Shown here: in pieces, positions 21,950 through 32,797 of the stretch | How the letters are laid out: each line of letters opens with the position of its first letter | Position numbering within the stretch: the stretch's first letter is position 1 | The notes under the pieces: model-generated | The model's input: only the letters and a program-made list of their open reading frames with translations | Database searches by the model: none | What the model was told of the DNA's origin: nothing | DNA from: Neoechinorhynchus agilis | Taxonomy: Eukaryota; Animalia; Acanthocephala | Assembly (NCBI GenBank): GCA_051530055.1 | Contig: CM121342.1 | Span: 1-64,000, forward strand | Direction: 5' to 3' | DNA length: 64,000 nucleotides | Position numbers and translations under genes: made by a program

Positions 21950-23225
21950 AGACAAAGAAATTAAATAACGGAAACAATGACGAGGTTAAATCTCATACAC
22001 TTGAACAAATTACTAGTTTCCCAATGCCCGACATATTATGGCTTAGTCTGCTCGTGTCGCAAATCGAATTTATTTTATTCGTGGCAAACTCAACAACATG
22101 AGATTAGCCCTTGAAATGGAGAAGATGATATCTAAGGCCAAATTTACCGGAATCACAATTCCATTATGGAAAGTAGAAGCATTGCTACATAAAGGAAACA
22201 GAATTAAACGCACTAACTTGCCCCAGCGACTGATCTTAGCGATGAATAATCTTAATCGAATTAAGGAGATACGTATCATGAAGTTGGACAAAGGCAGAGG
22301 TTTCTGTATTGTAGATGAAGAACATTGTGTAGATATTCATTTAGGAATTAATTATGATGGTGAACTGAAGGAAAAAATTATGAATATATTAATCAGAATT
22401 TTCGACCAATGCATTTGTCTTCTTCAGTGATTGTTAGTAAGTTTTACACTAACTGTACTGAAGAAGACCAACGCATTGGTCGAAAATTCTGATTAATATA
22501 TTCATAATTTTTTTCTTCAGTTCACCATCATAATTATGATGAAGAACACTACCATAGAATGGCTGTGGATATCTTATCGGTTCCAGAGTTCCGATCTAAT
22601 AATGTATGACCCACTAAAAAGCGAGGAAATATCTTCAACCAATATCTACTAACACTAAAGAAGCATGGAAGGATTGATGAGCAAATATACCAAAAACATC
22701 GTTCCAACAACGGACTTACACCTAACATGTACTTATTGGCAAAAGTACAGAAGTCCCCACTAAAGGCTCGGCCAATTATTGCATCGCATTCTGCATATAA
22801 TACGTAAACAGCTTGATATTGGCTACCATGTTAAGAAACTCAGTGCCTCCGGACGAGCACACAGCGTCATCAAGTGTGGAGTTACAAGGGAGATTGAATT
22901 CGCACGCATGTGCAGAATATAGAATGATTTTTGCTGATGTCAAACTTCGAAGGCAAGAGCTATGATCAAGTAGATGGTTTGTGCTTGGGGAAGGGGGAGT
23001 CCACTTGCCCCAGTTCTAACCGAATTGTTCATGCGCGAATGGGAGGCTAGGAACGTTTCAAGCCTACCTGGGGTGAAGTTCCGGTAGAGAAACGTATATG
23101 GCACTTTTATCTTAGTCGATGAAATCACAGAACCGGAAAATTTTTCTCACGTGCTGAATTAGAAGCACAGCAACATTCAATGGGCAGTGGACGGAGAATC
23201 ATAATGCGATCTTTTTTGGACGTTT
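21950..23225 (+). mobile_element. Decayed Penelope-like RT
   Basis: IMKLDKGRGFCIVDEEHY, PNMYLLAKVQKSPLKARPII, LYDQVDGL..GSPLAPVLTELFMREWE; frameshifted. 5' limit approximate. Confidence 0.75.
22325..22537 (-). mobile_element. 213-bp fold-back insert with a hammerhead ribozyme core in each arm, flanked by an 11-bp direct repeat
   Basis: Arms 22350-22428 and 22457-22535; GATGAAGAACA at 22314-22324 and 22538-22548; CTGAAGA-A-GACCAA-cgca-TTGGTC-GAAA-ATTC at 22458-22489. Confidence 0.8.
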
Positions 23226-24270
23226 CGATAACGCGACGTAGCAAATCGCATTTGTTTGATTCGTAAAAAGTCGTCAACAAAATTTGAGAACATCGGTGCA
23301 ATCACCGCATAGGATATACCTTAAAAAGCATACAAGGTCTAACATGCTTAATCGCTTAAATTATTTATTTCTGATGTTTTTATGAACGTCAATAGGTAAA
23401 CTAAAACAAAGATGACGATAGCGACAAAACCCTTTATATGAGGGTTAAATCAGCATAAAAAGTTGATCAAGGAAAGGTTTATTAACTACAAATTAATTGC
23501 TGTTTTTGATATTGATAATAACGGTTGCTTTTAAAAGAAATTAAAGACGAAAACCAAAAGAACTTTTAAAGCTGTCGCAAATCTGAAAACGGATTTGCAA
23601 TCAGATCGTCGAGAAGTACTAAATTGACAATACTGTATATGGTGAGTTTTCGTTCTAACGTCGCAAATCGCATTTGTAAAATTCGTGATATAAATACGTT
23701 AATTAATTTATAATTAAATAACTTTTTTCCTATCAACGTTTAAGGCTTATTTAACATGCATTAACTGTTTTTTTGTTGCTATGCTCATCTATGTCTTTAG
23801 TTTACCTATCGAAGTTAATGAAAGACACCAGAAATAAGTAATGACACCGATTAAGCTGGTAAGACCTAATAAGCTTTTTTGGGTATTTCTGATGCGGTGC
23901 TTTCAATGATGTTATCGAATTTTGTTGGCATTTGCAGATTTAGCGACCTTTCACGTTTGTGACTTTTGATGAATTGAACAAATGCGATTTGCGACGTTAA
24001 TACGAAAGCCAACAATATGCAGTAGTATCTATTTAGTACTTCTCGACGCGCTAACTCGAAATCCGTTTTCAGATTTGCGATAGCTTCAGTAGTTCTTTAG
24101 TTATTCATCTTTAAGTTTTCTAGCAAACAACCGTGATTATTGATATCAAAACATCAAATAATTTACATTTAAATAACTTTTTCTCTATCAACTTTCAACG
24201 CTGATTGCACCTGCATATGCTGTTTTTAGTTTCTATGCTCGTCTATCTCTTTAGTTTACCTATTGAAGTT
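23225..24270. repeat. Diverged monomers of the 454-bp repeat family in inverted arrangement
   Basis: 23715-24270 has ~453-bp periodicity and resembles the 19477 unit (GATTTGCGATAGC, TGATTATTGATAT.AAAACATCAA); 23225-23690 is the reverse-complement monomer. Confidence 0.7.
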
Positions 24271-24274
24271 GGCC

Positions 24275-24420
24275 GCGAACGGGAAAACCTGAACCGCCGG
24301 GACGAATTGGCAGGGAGCATGGACCTCTTGTGAACTCCCTTTGTGTGTTTTAGATTATCAAGGAACCTGAAGAAGGCGTGAGGCGCCGAAATATCGGATT
24401 CAATAAAAGATTGTGTGTGT
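24275..24420 (+). ncRNA. Penelope-like 3' end: endonuclease C-terminus plus minimal hammerhead ribozyme and AATAAA
   Basis: ENLNRRDELAGSMDLL* resembles the GIY-YIG PLE C-terminal LNRD motif; CTGAAGA-A-GGCG-tgagg-CGCC-GAAA-TATC at 24367-24395; AATAAA at 24402. Stem I is weak. Confidence 0.6.
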
Positions 24421-24451
24421 CCCTCAACGTCTAAAAAATCAAAAACCATTA

Positions 24452-24860
24452 ATCAATAATGTTTTCCAAAAGCGCGTCTAAATAAAGGTGAAACACTAAG
24501 AGTGAATACACGAATGCGTTTTCAATTCTCTTGTTTTTATTGATAATGTCTTCCAAAAGCGCGTCTAAATTAGAGTGAAACACTACAAGTGAGTACACTA
24601 ATGCGTTTTTATATCTCAAGTTTTTATTTGATTGATAATGTTTTCCAAAAGCGCGTCTAAGTTAGAGTGAAACACTACAAGTGAGTACACTAATGCGTTT
24701 TTATATCTCAAGATTTTATTTGATTGATAATGTTTTCCAAAAGCGCGTCTAAATTAAAGCGAAGCACTAAGAGTGAGTACACGATTGCGTTTTCAAATCT
24801 CTTGTTTTTATTTGATTGATAATGTTTTCCAAAAGCGCGTCTAAATTAAAGTGAAGCACC
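24452..24860. repeat. Tandem repeat, period 92 bp (first unit 87), ~4.5 copies
   Basis: TTCCAAAAGCGCGTCTAA recurs, with AGCGCG at 24471, 24558, 24650, 24742 and 24834. Confidence 0.95.
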
Positions 24861-24867
24861 TTTTACG

Positions 24868-27800
24868 ATGATCGGACTCGATGTTACTGATTCTTGTCGG
24901 TCACGTAAAAGAAGCAGCTCTGGCGATGCGGCAGCGAACGGGAGCAACAAAATCATCCAGTGCAACGGAAAAAGCGAGGGCGTCGTAGCTCTCGCCGACG
25001 ACTTGAGTGTTGAAATGAGCGAAACTGTCGCCAGAGGCAACGAAAGCGTCAGTTGAAGCTCATCACCGTGTTGGGTACGGACTGTTCAGGTGGTGCTGAC
25101 AGCCGTAAGCCCTCTGACCCAGCTATTTTAGATAGGAGAGAATTACGAATCGGATCCTTGAATTGTAGGAGTCTGCGAGCGCAATGGTGTAAGGGAACCC
25201 TGGCCAAATTGGCAAGGGACGCCAGAATGGATCTTGTGTTTTTACAAGAATTGCGCATAAGAGGCCAGTCAGACACAGACGTAAACCAGGAGGATTTAGG
25301 AGGAGGCTGGTCATTATGTTACCTATCGGCGGGCAGTCGAGGAAATGGAGGTGTAGACGTTTGTTTATCACCCCGCCTCCGAAACTGAGCACTATGCAGT
25401 ACTATAACTAACCGAATCCTTCGTGTCAGCAAAAAGCTTCGGTCGAGAAATCTCTATGCTTTTGGCGTATATTCACCGACCACCTCGTCGGATGAAGAGG
25501 CGGTTGAAGGATTTTATGGGAATCTAGCCGAAGCATTAGATGATGTACCGAACAGAGACGCCCTCCTAATAGCCGGTGACTTCAACGCAATTTTACCGCA
25601 TTCCGAAAGATCGCTATATGTGTTGAAAGGCGAGAATCGGAACAGCCGGTACTTGGTTGAGGCACTGGAGCGGCATGATCTCGTGTCTGCTAACACTTTA
25701 TTCCGGAAGCGTCCGTGGCGTTTTGCGACGTTTATGGGTTAAAAGAATCGGTCCAAACATGTCATGGGAAAAAATCCCAAGAGACGCTTAGCTCAGCTTG
25801 ACCATGGATCAAAAATGCTAACACGTTCACAGTTGATGGGCTGCCAACCGTCCACAAGTTGGTGATGTGTCAATTGAGCATGAGTGACTCGTTGTTCCGT
25901 GCGCCTCAGCATCCTCCACGTCCGTTCTATGGCGCCCTCGCTAATGAGGAGAAGAGGAGAGTTCGATATCGAACTAGAAAATGAACTAAGTTTGATGCCA
26001 GCTGCTGAAACGGATATTGATTTTTATTACAAGTCAATCTGCGACGCAGTGACCGAAGCGGCCGAGAAAACCCCCCAAAAATGGGCGTTTAAAAGCTGCA
26101 AAGGTTATATGGCAGGAGGACTGTGAATTTATGGCAATGGCTGAGTAGATCAAAACTCTAAGAAAAAGAGGAAAACGATCTGAGGCTCCCATTGCAAGTC
26201 TTGAACTTGCCAACCTCTGTAATGAAAAGCAAAAGGCTTCGATAGAGGATGCAGTTCGTTGGATCGCATATAAGGAAGGTTTTGTTCGTACCTCCTTAGC
26301 ATGGAGAGCGATAAACATTATCACAGGAAGACCCCAAAGACAGCCAAATTTGATTCAACGTCCCTCCCCGGAAATCAGAAAAAAAGAGAATCGCAAATTA
26401 TTTTGCGGAAATTCTCAATTCGCCATTATCGTCTTTCGAAGTGAATCCTGCACTTCCAAAAGGCACAATCGTCCCAAGCACAGAGGCATACTTCACTGGA
26501 CCGTTTTCCGTGAAGGAAGCGATCGCTGCGGCGAAAATGATGCGTGCGGGACGTGTATTAGGCCCAGATGGAATAATGGTAGAGGTACTGAGGTTTGAAT
26601 CTATTGCCAGAAAAATCATACTGATAATGATTGGCATAATGAATGGTGGCTCAGTACCTCAAATCTGGCAAACGGCGCATTTAACAATGATCCCCAACAA
26701 ATGCTGCTCGACAAAGGTGGAGGACTACAGAGATATATCCTTGATGTCCAACACGGCAAAACTTTTCAGCAGCATTTTGAGACGCCGAATTCAGCCAATC
26801 CTCGAGCCGTTTCAAAGAATTGAACAGAACGGCTTCAGGAAAGGTAGAGGCACCACAGAGCACATATTGGCTTTGAGGAAGATCCTCGAGGAGGTACGAA
26901 TTCATCAAACGGATGTGTCGCTGTTATTTGTTGATTTCCGTCGAGCTTTCGATTCGGTAAATCGAACGATGATTGGCGGTAACCTAAAGGAGTCACATCC
27001 TTTATGGCATTATATAAAAACACAAGGTCCGCCATCAAGACAGCTGACGGTTTGACAGAATACTTTTCCACCACTTCAGGTGTTTTGCAGGGCGACACAT
27101 TGGCTAGTTTCCTCTTCATCTTAGTGCTTGATTGGGTAATGAGATGGACACTACCGAATGATGAGATGAATTTCTTCTGATGAGGATAAAAGTTCGCAGG
27201 TACCCTGGGATACGCGCCTCCTACATGGCATATGCCGGCGACATCGTATTGATGTCCTCAACAGTCGAAGGGGCCCAACGCATGCTAAATCGACTGTGCG
27301 ATAGGGCGAGTATGATTGGTCATACCATCAACTAGAAAAAGACGGAATTCTTGACGATTCCGCATGTCGCGCATGCAGTCTCTGGCGAAGGGCCGAATGG
27401 CGTTGGGCAATTAAAACAGATAGAGCGGTATTTCTATCTGGGAGCTGTCGTTCCTGAAGTGAGTGCGGATGTCAGCCGACGGAGAGCTATTGCATGGAGA
27501 ACAATAGGGCAACTTAAGCCACTGTTTGGCAGTGAGTCTTTGCCAGATGAACTCCGTTCGCAGCTGTTCAGGGCTCTAACTGAGAGCATTCTCTGCTACA
27601 ATGCAGAGACGTGGACACTGTCGCCAACGGCGACGAGTCAGTATGACCAAAATCATTCATCTCTCTTACGTACGGCGTTTAAGGTCAGATGGTCAGATAA
27701 AGTGACCAACAAAGCACTGTATATGAGAGCCGGAGTCCAACCGCGCAGTGAATATTTGCGCCGCAGACGACTGCAGTTATCGGGCAATATAATTCGGTCT

Positions 27801-27980
27801 GAGGCATCTTGCCCACAGGTCGTGCAACAGTTCCTTTTCTGGAAGCCAACGACATTGTATCGTAAAGGCAAAGGAAACTGTCGTACATACGATCACCTGA
27901 ATTTAAGAGACGCGAATTGCCCGCATAACAGGACTGCTGTCCTGTATTTTAGATCCCTTGCGGAGTCTAATTCTATCTGA
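24868..27980 (+). mobile_element. Decayed RTE-like LINE (APE endonuclease plus RT)
   Basis: LRIGSLNCRSL, DLVFLQE, AGDFNA, GPDGI, YRDISLM, EQNGFRKGRGT, VDFRRAFDSV, GVLQGDTL, YFYLG; many frameshifts. Confidence 0.87.
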
Positions 27981-27989
27981 CGGGCTTAT

Positions 27990-28340
27990 ACCTACGGTGC
28001 AACATATGAAAGTACCGTTGCACACAATACAATACAATTTAGAGGGGCAAAATGCTTGAACGTGAGAAATCTCGCTAGAAGTGATTGAGAGTGAGAGGGG
28101 ACCCGGTGCATACGTAATGATTGTAAGATCATCAGCATACAAGAAGTATTTAGAATAAGAAAAGGGTGGAATAAGATCGTTCAAGAAAACGTTGAAAAGA
28201 ATGGGGGAGAAAACAGCTCTTCGAGAACTCTCTTGTTGATTGCTAAGGTGTTCGGGTGATGCTCCCTATTTCGATAACTTGTAATCTATTGTTTAGCAAA
28301 GAATTTCAAGCATTTGATTTGCCAGGCGCCACGACCAAAT
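27990..28340 (-). mobile_element. CR1/L2-like LINE RT fragment
   Basis: LNNRLQVI...FLYADDLTI; same family as the piece at ~62165-62470. Confidence 0.7.
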
Positions 28341-28381
28341 TTAAAGCATGTGTCAAGGAGAAGATTGATCGGCGGAATCAG

Positions 28382-29232
28382 AAAAAATAGGCCTTCCGAT
28401 TTACGTTCGAAAATGTCTATTGGGTAGGAGGTCCTTCGAGTTGGGCATCTTTTTCAAGGAGCTGATTTCTGTATTCGAATTAAGGAGAGCGAGCAATTGC
28501 ATTCTTACTCCGGGATTAAGTGAACCTTTTTAAGATAAGGCGTAAGTTTGTCATCCTCCGCCGCAAAGTAAGCTTGCAAGTTTTTGAAACTAAGTCCTTT
28601 TTCACCAATCGTTCCATCTGGTTGAAAACAGATTTTATATGCTGCCAGCTTTACAAATCGATTATAAATTTTCATTCTGAGAAACTTAAAACTGACCCTT
28701 TAAATCAATAATGAATATTTTTCGTGGAATGCCTTTAAAAAAGAATAAAATCCATGAAAATTTAAAGACTTCGAGCAAGCAGACTACATTACTAATTGTC
28801 ACAAATTATTTCGATTAAAAAATGAAGATTAAAATTTAAACGTGCGCCAAATAATTTCACGGACTATATTTCTTCCGTTTTTTGTACATTGCAAATCGCC
28901 GTCTGTTTCTTATCGCTGCTTGTACATTCCGCGCATCGTTCTGTTGTGTTCGCTGATGAATTGAGCGATTTTGGAGCTGATGGTTTTTTGACCTTTGTAA
29001 TGAGGACCCGCGATAGCGCCTCTGAGTATCAATGAACGTGAGTAATTTTTTGAAAATAAATAGAAACTTATTTTCCACTATTAATGGAGGCTTCCGATCG
29101 GCGGAGAATATCTCTCTAAATCTCAAGAAACCTTGTATCTTGGATGGAGATTATTGTTGATTAGCTCATCCACCACGATCTCATACGCAGATGCCCTTCA
29201 CACCTGCGTTTTGACTGTGGCGTACTATTCAA
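28382..29232 (-). repeat. Repeat unit U, copy 3, headed by 34 nt of 28S downstream flank (29233-29266)
   Basis: On the minus strand: TAGCCAAATGCC...GTGACGTG, then TTGAATAGTACGCCACAGTCAAAACGCAGG..., ending GGCCTATTTTTTCT. Confidence 0.85.
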
Positions 29233-29234
29233 CA

Positions 29235-29266
<32 letters not shown>

Positions 29267-29772
29267 AGGTCGAATTTATTTGTTTATAACAAATAGGTGC
29301 TGTTACAATCTTTTTAATCTTTGGCTTGATTTCGTTCTTCGGTTGCTTTCGTGATTTTTCTTTTATTATTATTTTTTGAGCTGCTTAACAATTGTAAATT
29401 GTTTTCATGTCCCATATAATTGTTGTATGCTTGAATGGACTGCTCCGCTGCTGTTTGTGTCATGTTTAACGCGGTCTTTTTGGCTAAGTTGAACTCGCGT
29501 AATCTTTTCAATAGTGCCGGCGAGTACGTTTCTCTTCTTCCAACTGCTAACACAATAGTCTTAACGTCGTGTTTTTTAAATTGTATTGGGCCGCCACGTT
29601 CTCAACGATTACTTTGTACTTATTTTCCTTCTCGGCAATTATATTTTCCTCTCGCTCGCTTGTCGTTTCGTAATATACCGCGAAATCGATTATGTTTGCT
29701 TGCCATCAGCAGAACGTCATCGGCGTATACAAGATGCGACAGACGTACGTGTCCTTTAAGCTGAACACCTAT
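29267..29772 (-). mobile_element. R2-like element C, 3' part (RT YADD fused to RLE C-terminus, 3'UTR)
   Basis: GVQLKGHVRLSHLVYADDVLLMA joined directly to IIDFAVYYET...KTALNMTQTAAEQS; ends AATAAATTCGACCT|TAGCC. Confidence 0.88.
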
Positions 29773-30008
29773 CGTTGACATGGTGGATGAACCAAACAGC
29801 ATACCAGTTTTTCAACAAAACTGTTTTTGTACAACACACACTATTTTATGCCCATTTACGCTAGCCCAATCAATAGCGTACTTACCACATTTCCTCCCCC
29901 GCAAATTCCTAACCTATTTTGCGGTATTCGTCGTACGGCCGTATAGGAGGCCTCCGGCCCTGATTTCGTGACTTCACCTCCATCTTCTGCATTGAACTCT
30001 ACCTTCCT

Positions 30009-30782
30009 TTAAAGTTCTTCCTCTTCAACCTTTATGCTTACATTATCCTTTTCTTGTTCACATTCTTCGTAGTCTTCTTCCCTTTTCCTCACGAAATCCC
30101 CGTGCGCCCTATTTTGCGTTCCGTTTTTATCCACGATTCGATAGGACACCGGTCTTGATCGTTGATCCACGACTTCCTTTTGCGATTTCCCAGCTCTTCC
30201 TTTTTTCCACCACACTTCATTGCCTTCCCCAAACTCGCGATAACGCCCCTCCGGTCTCTGCCTCTGTCTTCGCGCTGTCCTGTCTCGCACTGTTTCCTCT
30301 GTATTTGGTCTGATATTGTCGAACACTGTATTCATCCTCCTCCCTAACATCATTTCTGCTGGAGTTTTTCCTGTGATTGCATGAGGCGTGTTTCGGTATG
30401 TTTGTAGAAATTCCGTAAGTGCCCTTCGAGTATCCATTCCTTCCCCTACCATTCCGCGTCGTTTAGGGGTTCCTATGAATCGTTCTACCAACCCATTCGT
30501 TTGTGGGTGGTAAGGACTCGCCTTTATGATCTCGATCCCATTTTCTTCGCAAAACGCCTTGAACTGTTGCGACATAAATTGAGGCCCGTTATCGCTCACA
30601 ATTTTCTTTGGAGTCCCGAATCGAGCAAATGTTTCCCTCATCCGATCGATCACCACTTCGGATGTTATTTTGCATGTATTGTAGAACCAAACCTCGGGCC
30701 ACTTACTCCTTGCATCTACGATCTCCAAATACATCTTGGAGTTTGTCGGTCCTGCCAAATCGTTGTGCACGCGCTCCCACAC
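30009..30782 (-). CDS. pol: Gypsy integrase core (fragment)
   Basis: VDARSKWPEV, SDNGPQF, SPYHPQTNGLVERF, YRNTPH. Confidence 0.9.
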   Translation of the reverse strand: MWERVHNDLAGPTNSKMYLEIVDARSKWPEVWFYNTCKITSEVVIDRMRETFARFGTPKKIVSDNGPQFMSQQFKAFCEENGIEIIKASPYHPQTNGLVERFIGTPKRRGMVGEGMDTRRALTEFLQTYRNTPHAITGKTPAEMMLGRRMNTVFDNIRPNTEETVRDRTARRQRQRPEGRYREFGEGNEVWWKKGRAGKSQKEVVDQRSRPVSYRIVDKNGTQNRAHGDFVRKREEDYEECEQEKDNVSIKVEEEEL

Positions 30783-30883
30783 TTCCGCCGGACAGTCCCA
30801 AGGTATAAGCGGCAGTTGTTGAATATTTGGTCGGGCTATTTGGCACCTTTCGCAACCTTCTACCTTCCGCCGTATGTCATCTT

Positions 30884-32797
30884 CTATACCGGGCCACCAT
30901 GCGTAATATCAGATAGAGCTTTTGTGCCTTCAATTCCTGGATGACCACGATGTAACATATCTAACACTTCCTTTCTCAGAGAAAATGGGATGACAATTCT
31001 TTGTAGGTGCATGACAATGCCGTTTTCGCAGGATAACTCATCTGCTCGGGCCGCGAACTGCCTGTCCGTATCGAGCATCGTTTTCGGCAATCCGAGCTGC
31101 AAATATCGTCCAATCCATACCAGTTGACGATCTTTAATCGATTCCGCTTTCAATCTTGATTTCGTTAAACCGCAAGCCTCCACCTTCTCCTCTTGCACCA
31201 TTCGTAGCGTTATTGTCTCCTCCTCTGAGTATTTCTGCTTTGGAGGGTCTACCGGAAATCTCGACAAAAAATCAGCACATTTGTTCTCGACCCCTTGAAC
31301 ATATTCGATCTCAAAGTCGTATTGATTCAAGAACAGGCCCCAGCGTACCAGTCGATTATTCGTCATCTTGGACAAATCTCTCCGCATTCCAAAAATATGC
31401 TTCAGGGGTTTGTAATCGGTCTCTAAGATGAATCGATGTCCATATAAGAATTGGTGGAACCTCTTGATCGAGCTGACGATTGCTAAAGCTTCCTTTTCTA
31501 TAGTCGCGTATTTCTTTTCCGCTGAGGTAAATGTCCGGGATACAAACATGATCGGTTCTTTGCTCCCATCTTCCTTCTTATGGAACAATCCCGCACCAAT
31601 TCCTTCTTCGCTTGCGTCGCATGTCAGCACAGTCATTCTTTTGATATCGAAAGGTACTAGGACCTTGTGATTTTGGACCGCTCGCTTTACTCCATCGAAG
31701 ATGTCCTTCTCATACTTTCCCCATTTCCACGGAACTCCTTGTTTCAGTAACGCATACAATCCCCTGCAGTGAGATTGCAATTCGGGAATGAAGCGTTCTA
31801 GATAGTTGACCATACCGATGAACGACTTAAGTTCTTTTTTATTTCGTGGGTATCGCGCCGACGTTATCGCAGTCACCTTTTCTCCTTGCGGTTTTATTTT
31901 CCCGTCTTCTAAGCTGTGCCCCAAATATCTCACCTGTGCTTCCATAAATCTACATTTATCTCTTTTGATGCCTATCCCTGCCTCCTCAAGTCGCTCGAGC
32001 ACTGCCTTTAAATTTTGGAGATGTTCTGCGTCATTCTTTCCGGAGATGATTATATCGTCGAGATAAGCTCCGGTACTTGGGATATCTATCAACAAATTGT
32101 CTATAAATTTCTGGAATATCTGCGGAGCGCAACTTAGTCCGAACAGCATCCTCCGGTACCGGAACAATCCCCATGGAGTCGATATATTTAGGAGTTTCCT
32201 ATGGTCGTCTGCCACCTCTAACTGCAAGTAAGCATCCGATAAATCAATAGTAGAGTACTTCTTGCCATTCCCCAATCTCTGTAGCATGTCGTCGAAAGTT
32301 GGCATATGATAGCTGTCCTGCCTTAAAGCTTTAATGACGGTGATTCTGAAATCCGCACAGATTCGTATTTGTCCATTACTTTTCTTCATGATGACCATAG
32401 GGGTTCCCCATTCTAAATTTGTGTCGCCTGTCTCCACTCGTTCCAATACCCCCTTGTTCGTCAATCGTTCCAATTCTTTAACTACCGCATCCTGTAATGC
32501 CCACGGCACTCTCCTCGCTGGTATCCACGTGGGCTGAGCACCGTCTGCAATCGGCAGTGTTACTCTGAAATTCCTGATGGGGGTACACTTCTCCTCGAAA
32601 AGTACTTTAAACTGTTTTAGCATCTCATCCACTGACTCCTGTACGGTTTTTATTCCCCTGACGATCACTGAAGGGGGTAACTCCATATCAAACAGCTTTA
32701 TCCAGTCAATCCCCCACAAACATCCCTTCGTTCCTTTTACCACGTGCACCGCTGTATTCTTCTTTATCCCTCTTGTTGTCGATTTCGGATCCTCCAA
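30884..32797 (-). CDS. pol: Gypsy RT-RNaseH (fragment)
   Basis: RICADFR, FGLSCAPQIFQ, YLDD, LTCDAS, ETDYKPL. Confidence 0.92.
   Translation of the reverse strand: MEDPKSTTRGIKKNTAVHVVKGTKGCLWGIDWIKLFDMELPPSVIVRGIKTVQESVDEMLKQFKVLFEEKCTPIRNFRVTLPIADGAQPTWIPARRVPWALQDAVVKELERLTNKGVLERVETGDTNLEWGTPMVIMKKSNGQIRICADFRITVIKALRQDSYHMPTFDDMLQRLGNGKKYSTIDLSDAYLQLEVADDHRKLLNISTPWGLFRYRRMLFGLSCAPQIFQKFIDNLLIDIPSTGAYLDDIIISGKNDAEHLQNLKAVLERLEEAGIGIKRDKCRFMEAQVRYLGHSLEDGKIKPQGEKVTAITSARYPRNKKELKSFIGMVNYLERFIPELQSHCRGLYALLKQGVPWKWGKYEKDIFDGVKRAVQNHKVLVPFDIKRMTVLTCDASEEGIGAGLFHKKEDGSKEPIMFVSRTFTSAEKKYATIEKEALAIVSSIKRFHQFLYGHRFILETDYKPLKHIFGMRRDLSKMTNNRLVRWGLFLNQYDFEIEYVQGVENKCADFLSRFPVDPPKQKYSEEETITLRMVQEEKVEACGLTKSRLKAESIKDRQLVWIGRYLQLGLPKTMLDTDRQFAARADELSCENGIVMHLQRIVIPFSLRKEVLDMLHRGHPGIEGTKALSDITHGGPV

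Noticed and set aside
24452-24860. CRISPR-like array (also considered for 57660-58480)
   Set aside because: Whole units repeat with no unique spacers, there are no cas genes, and the context is eukaryotic.
29760-29780. Canonical 4-5 bp TSD for the gypsy element
   Set aside because: Flanks overlap by only AT when compared with the empty site at ~49545, so no clean TSD is claimed.
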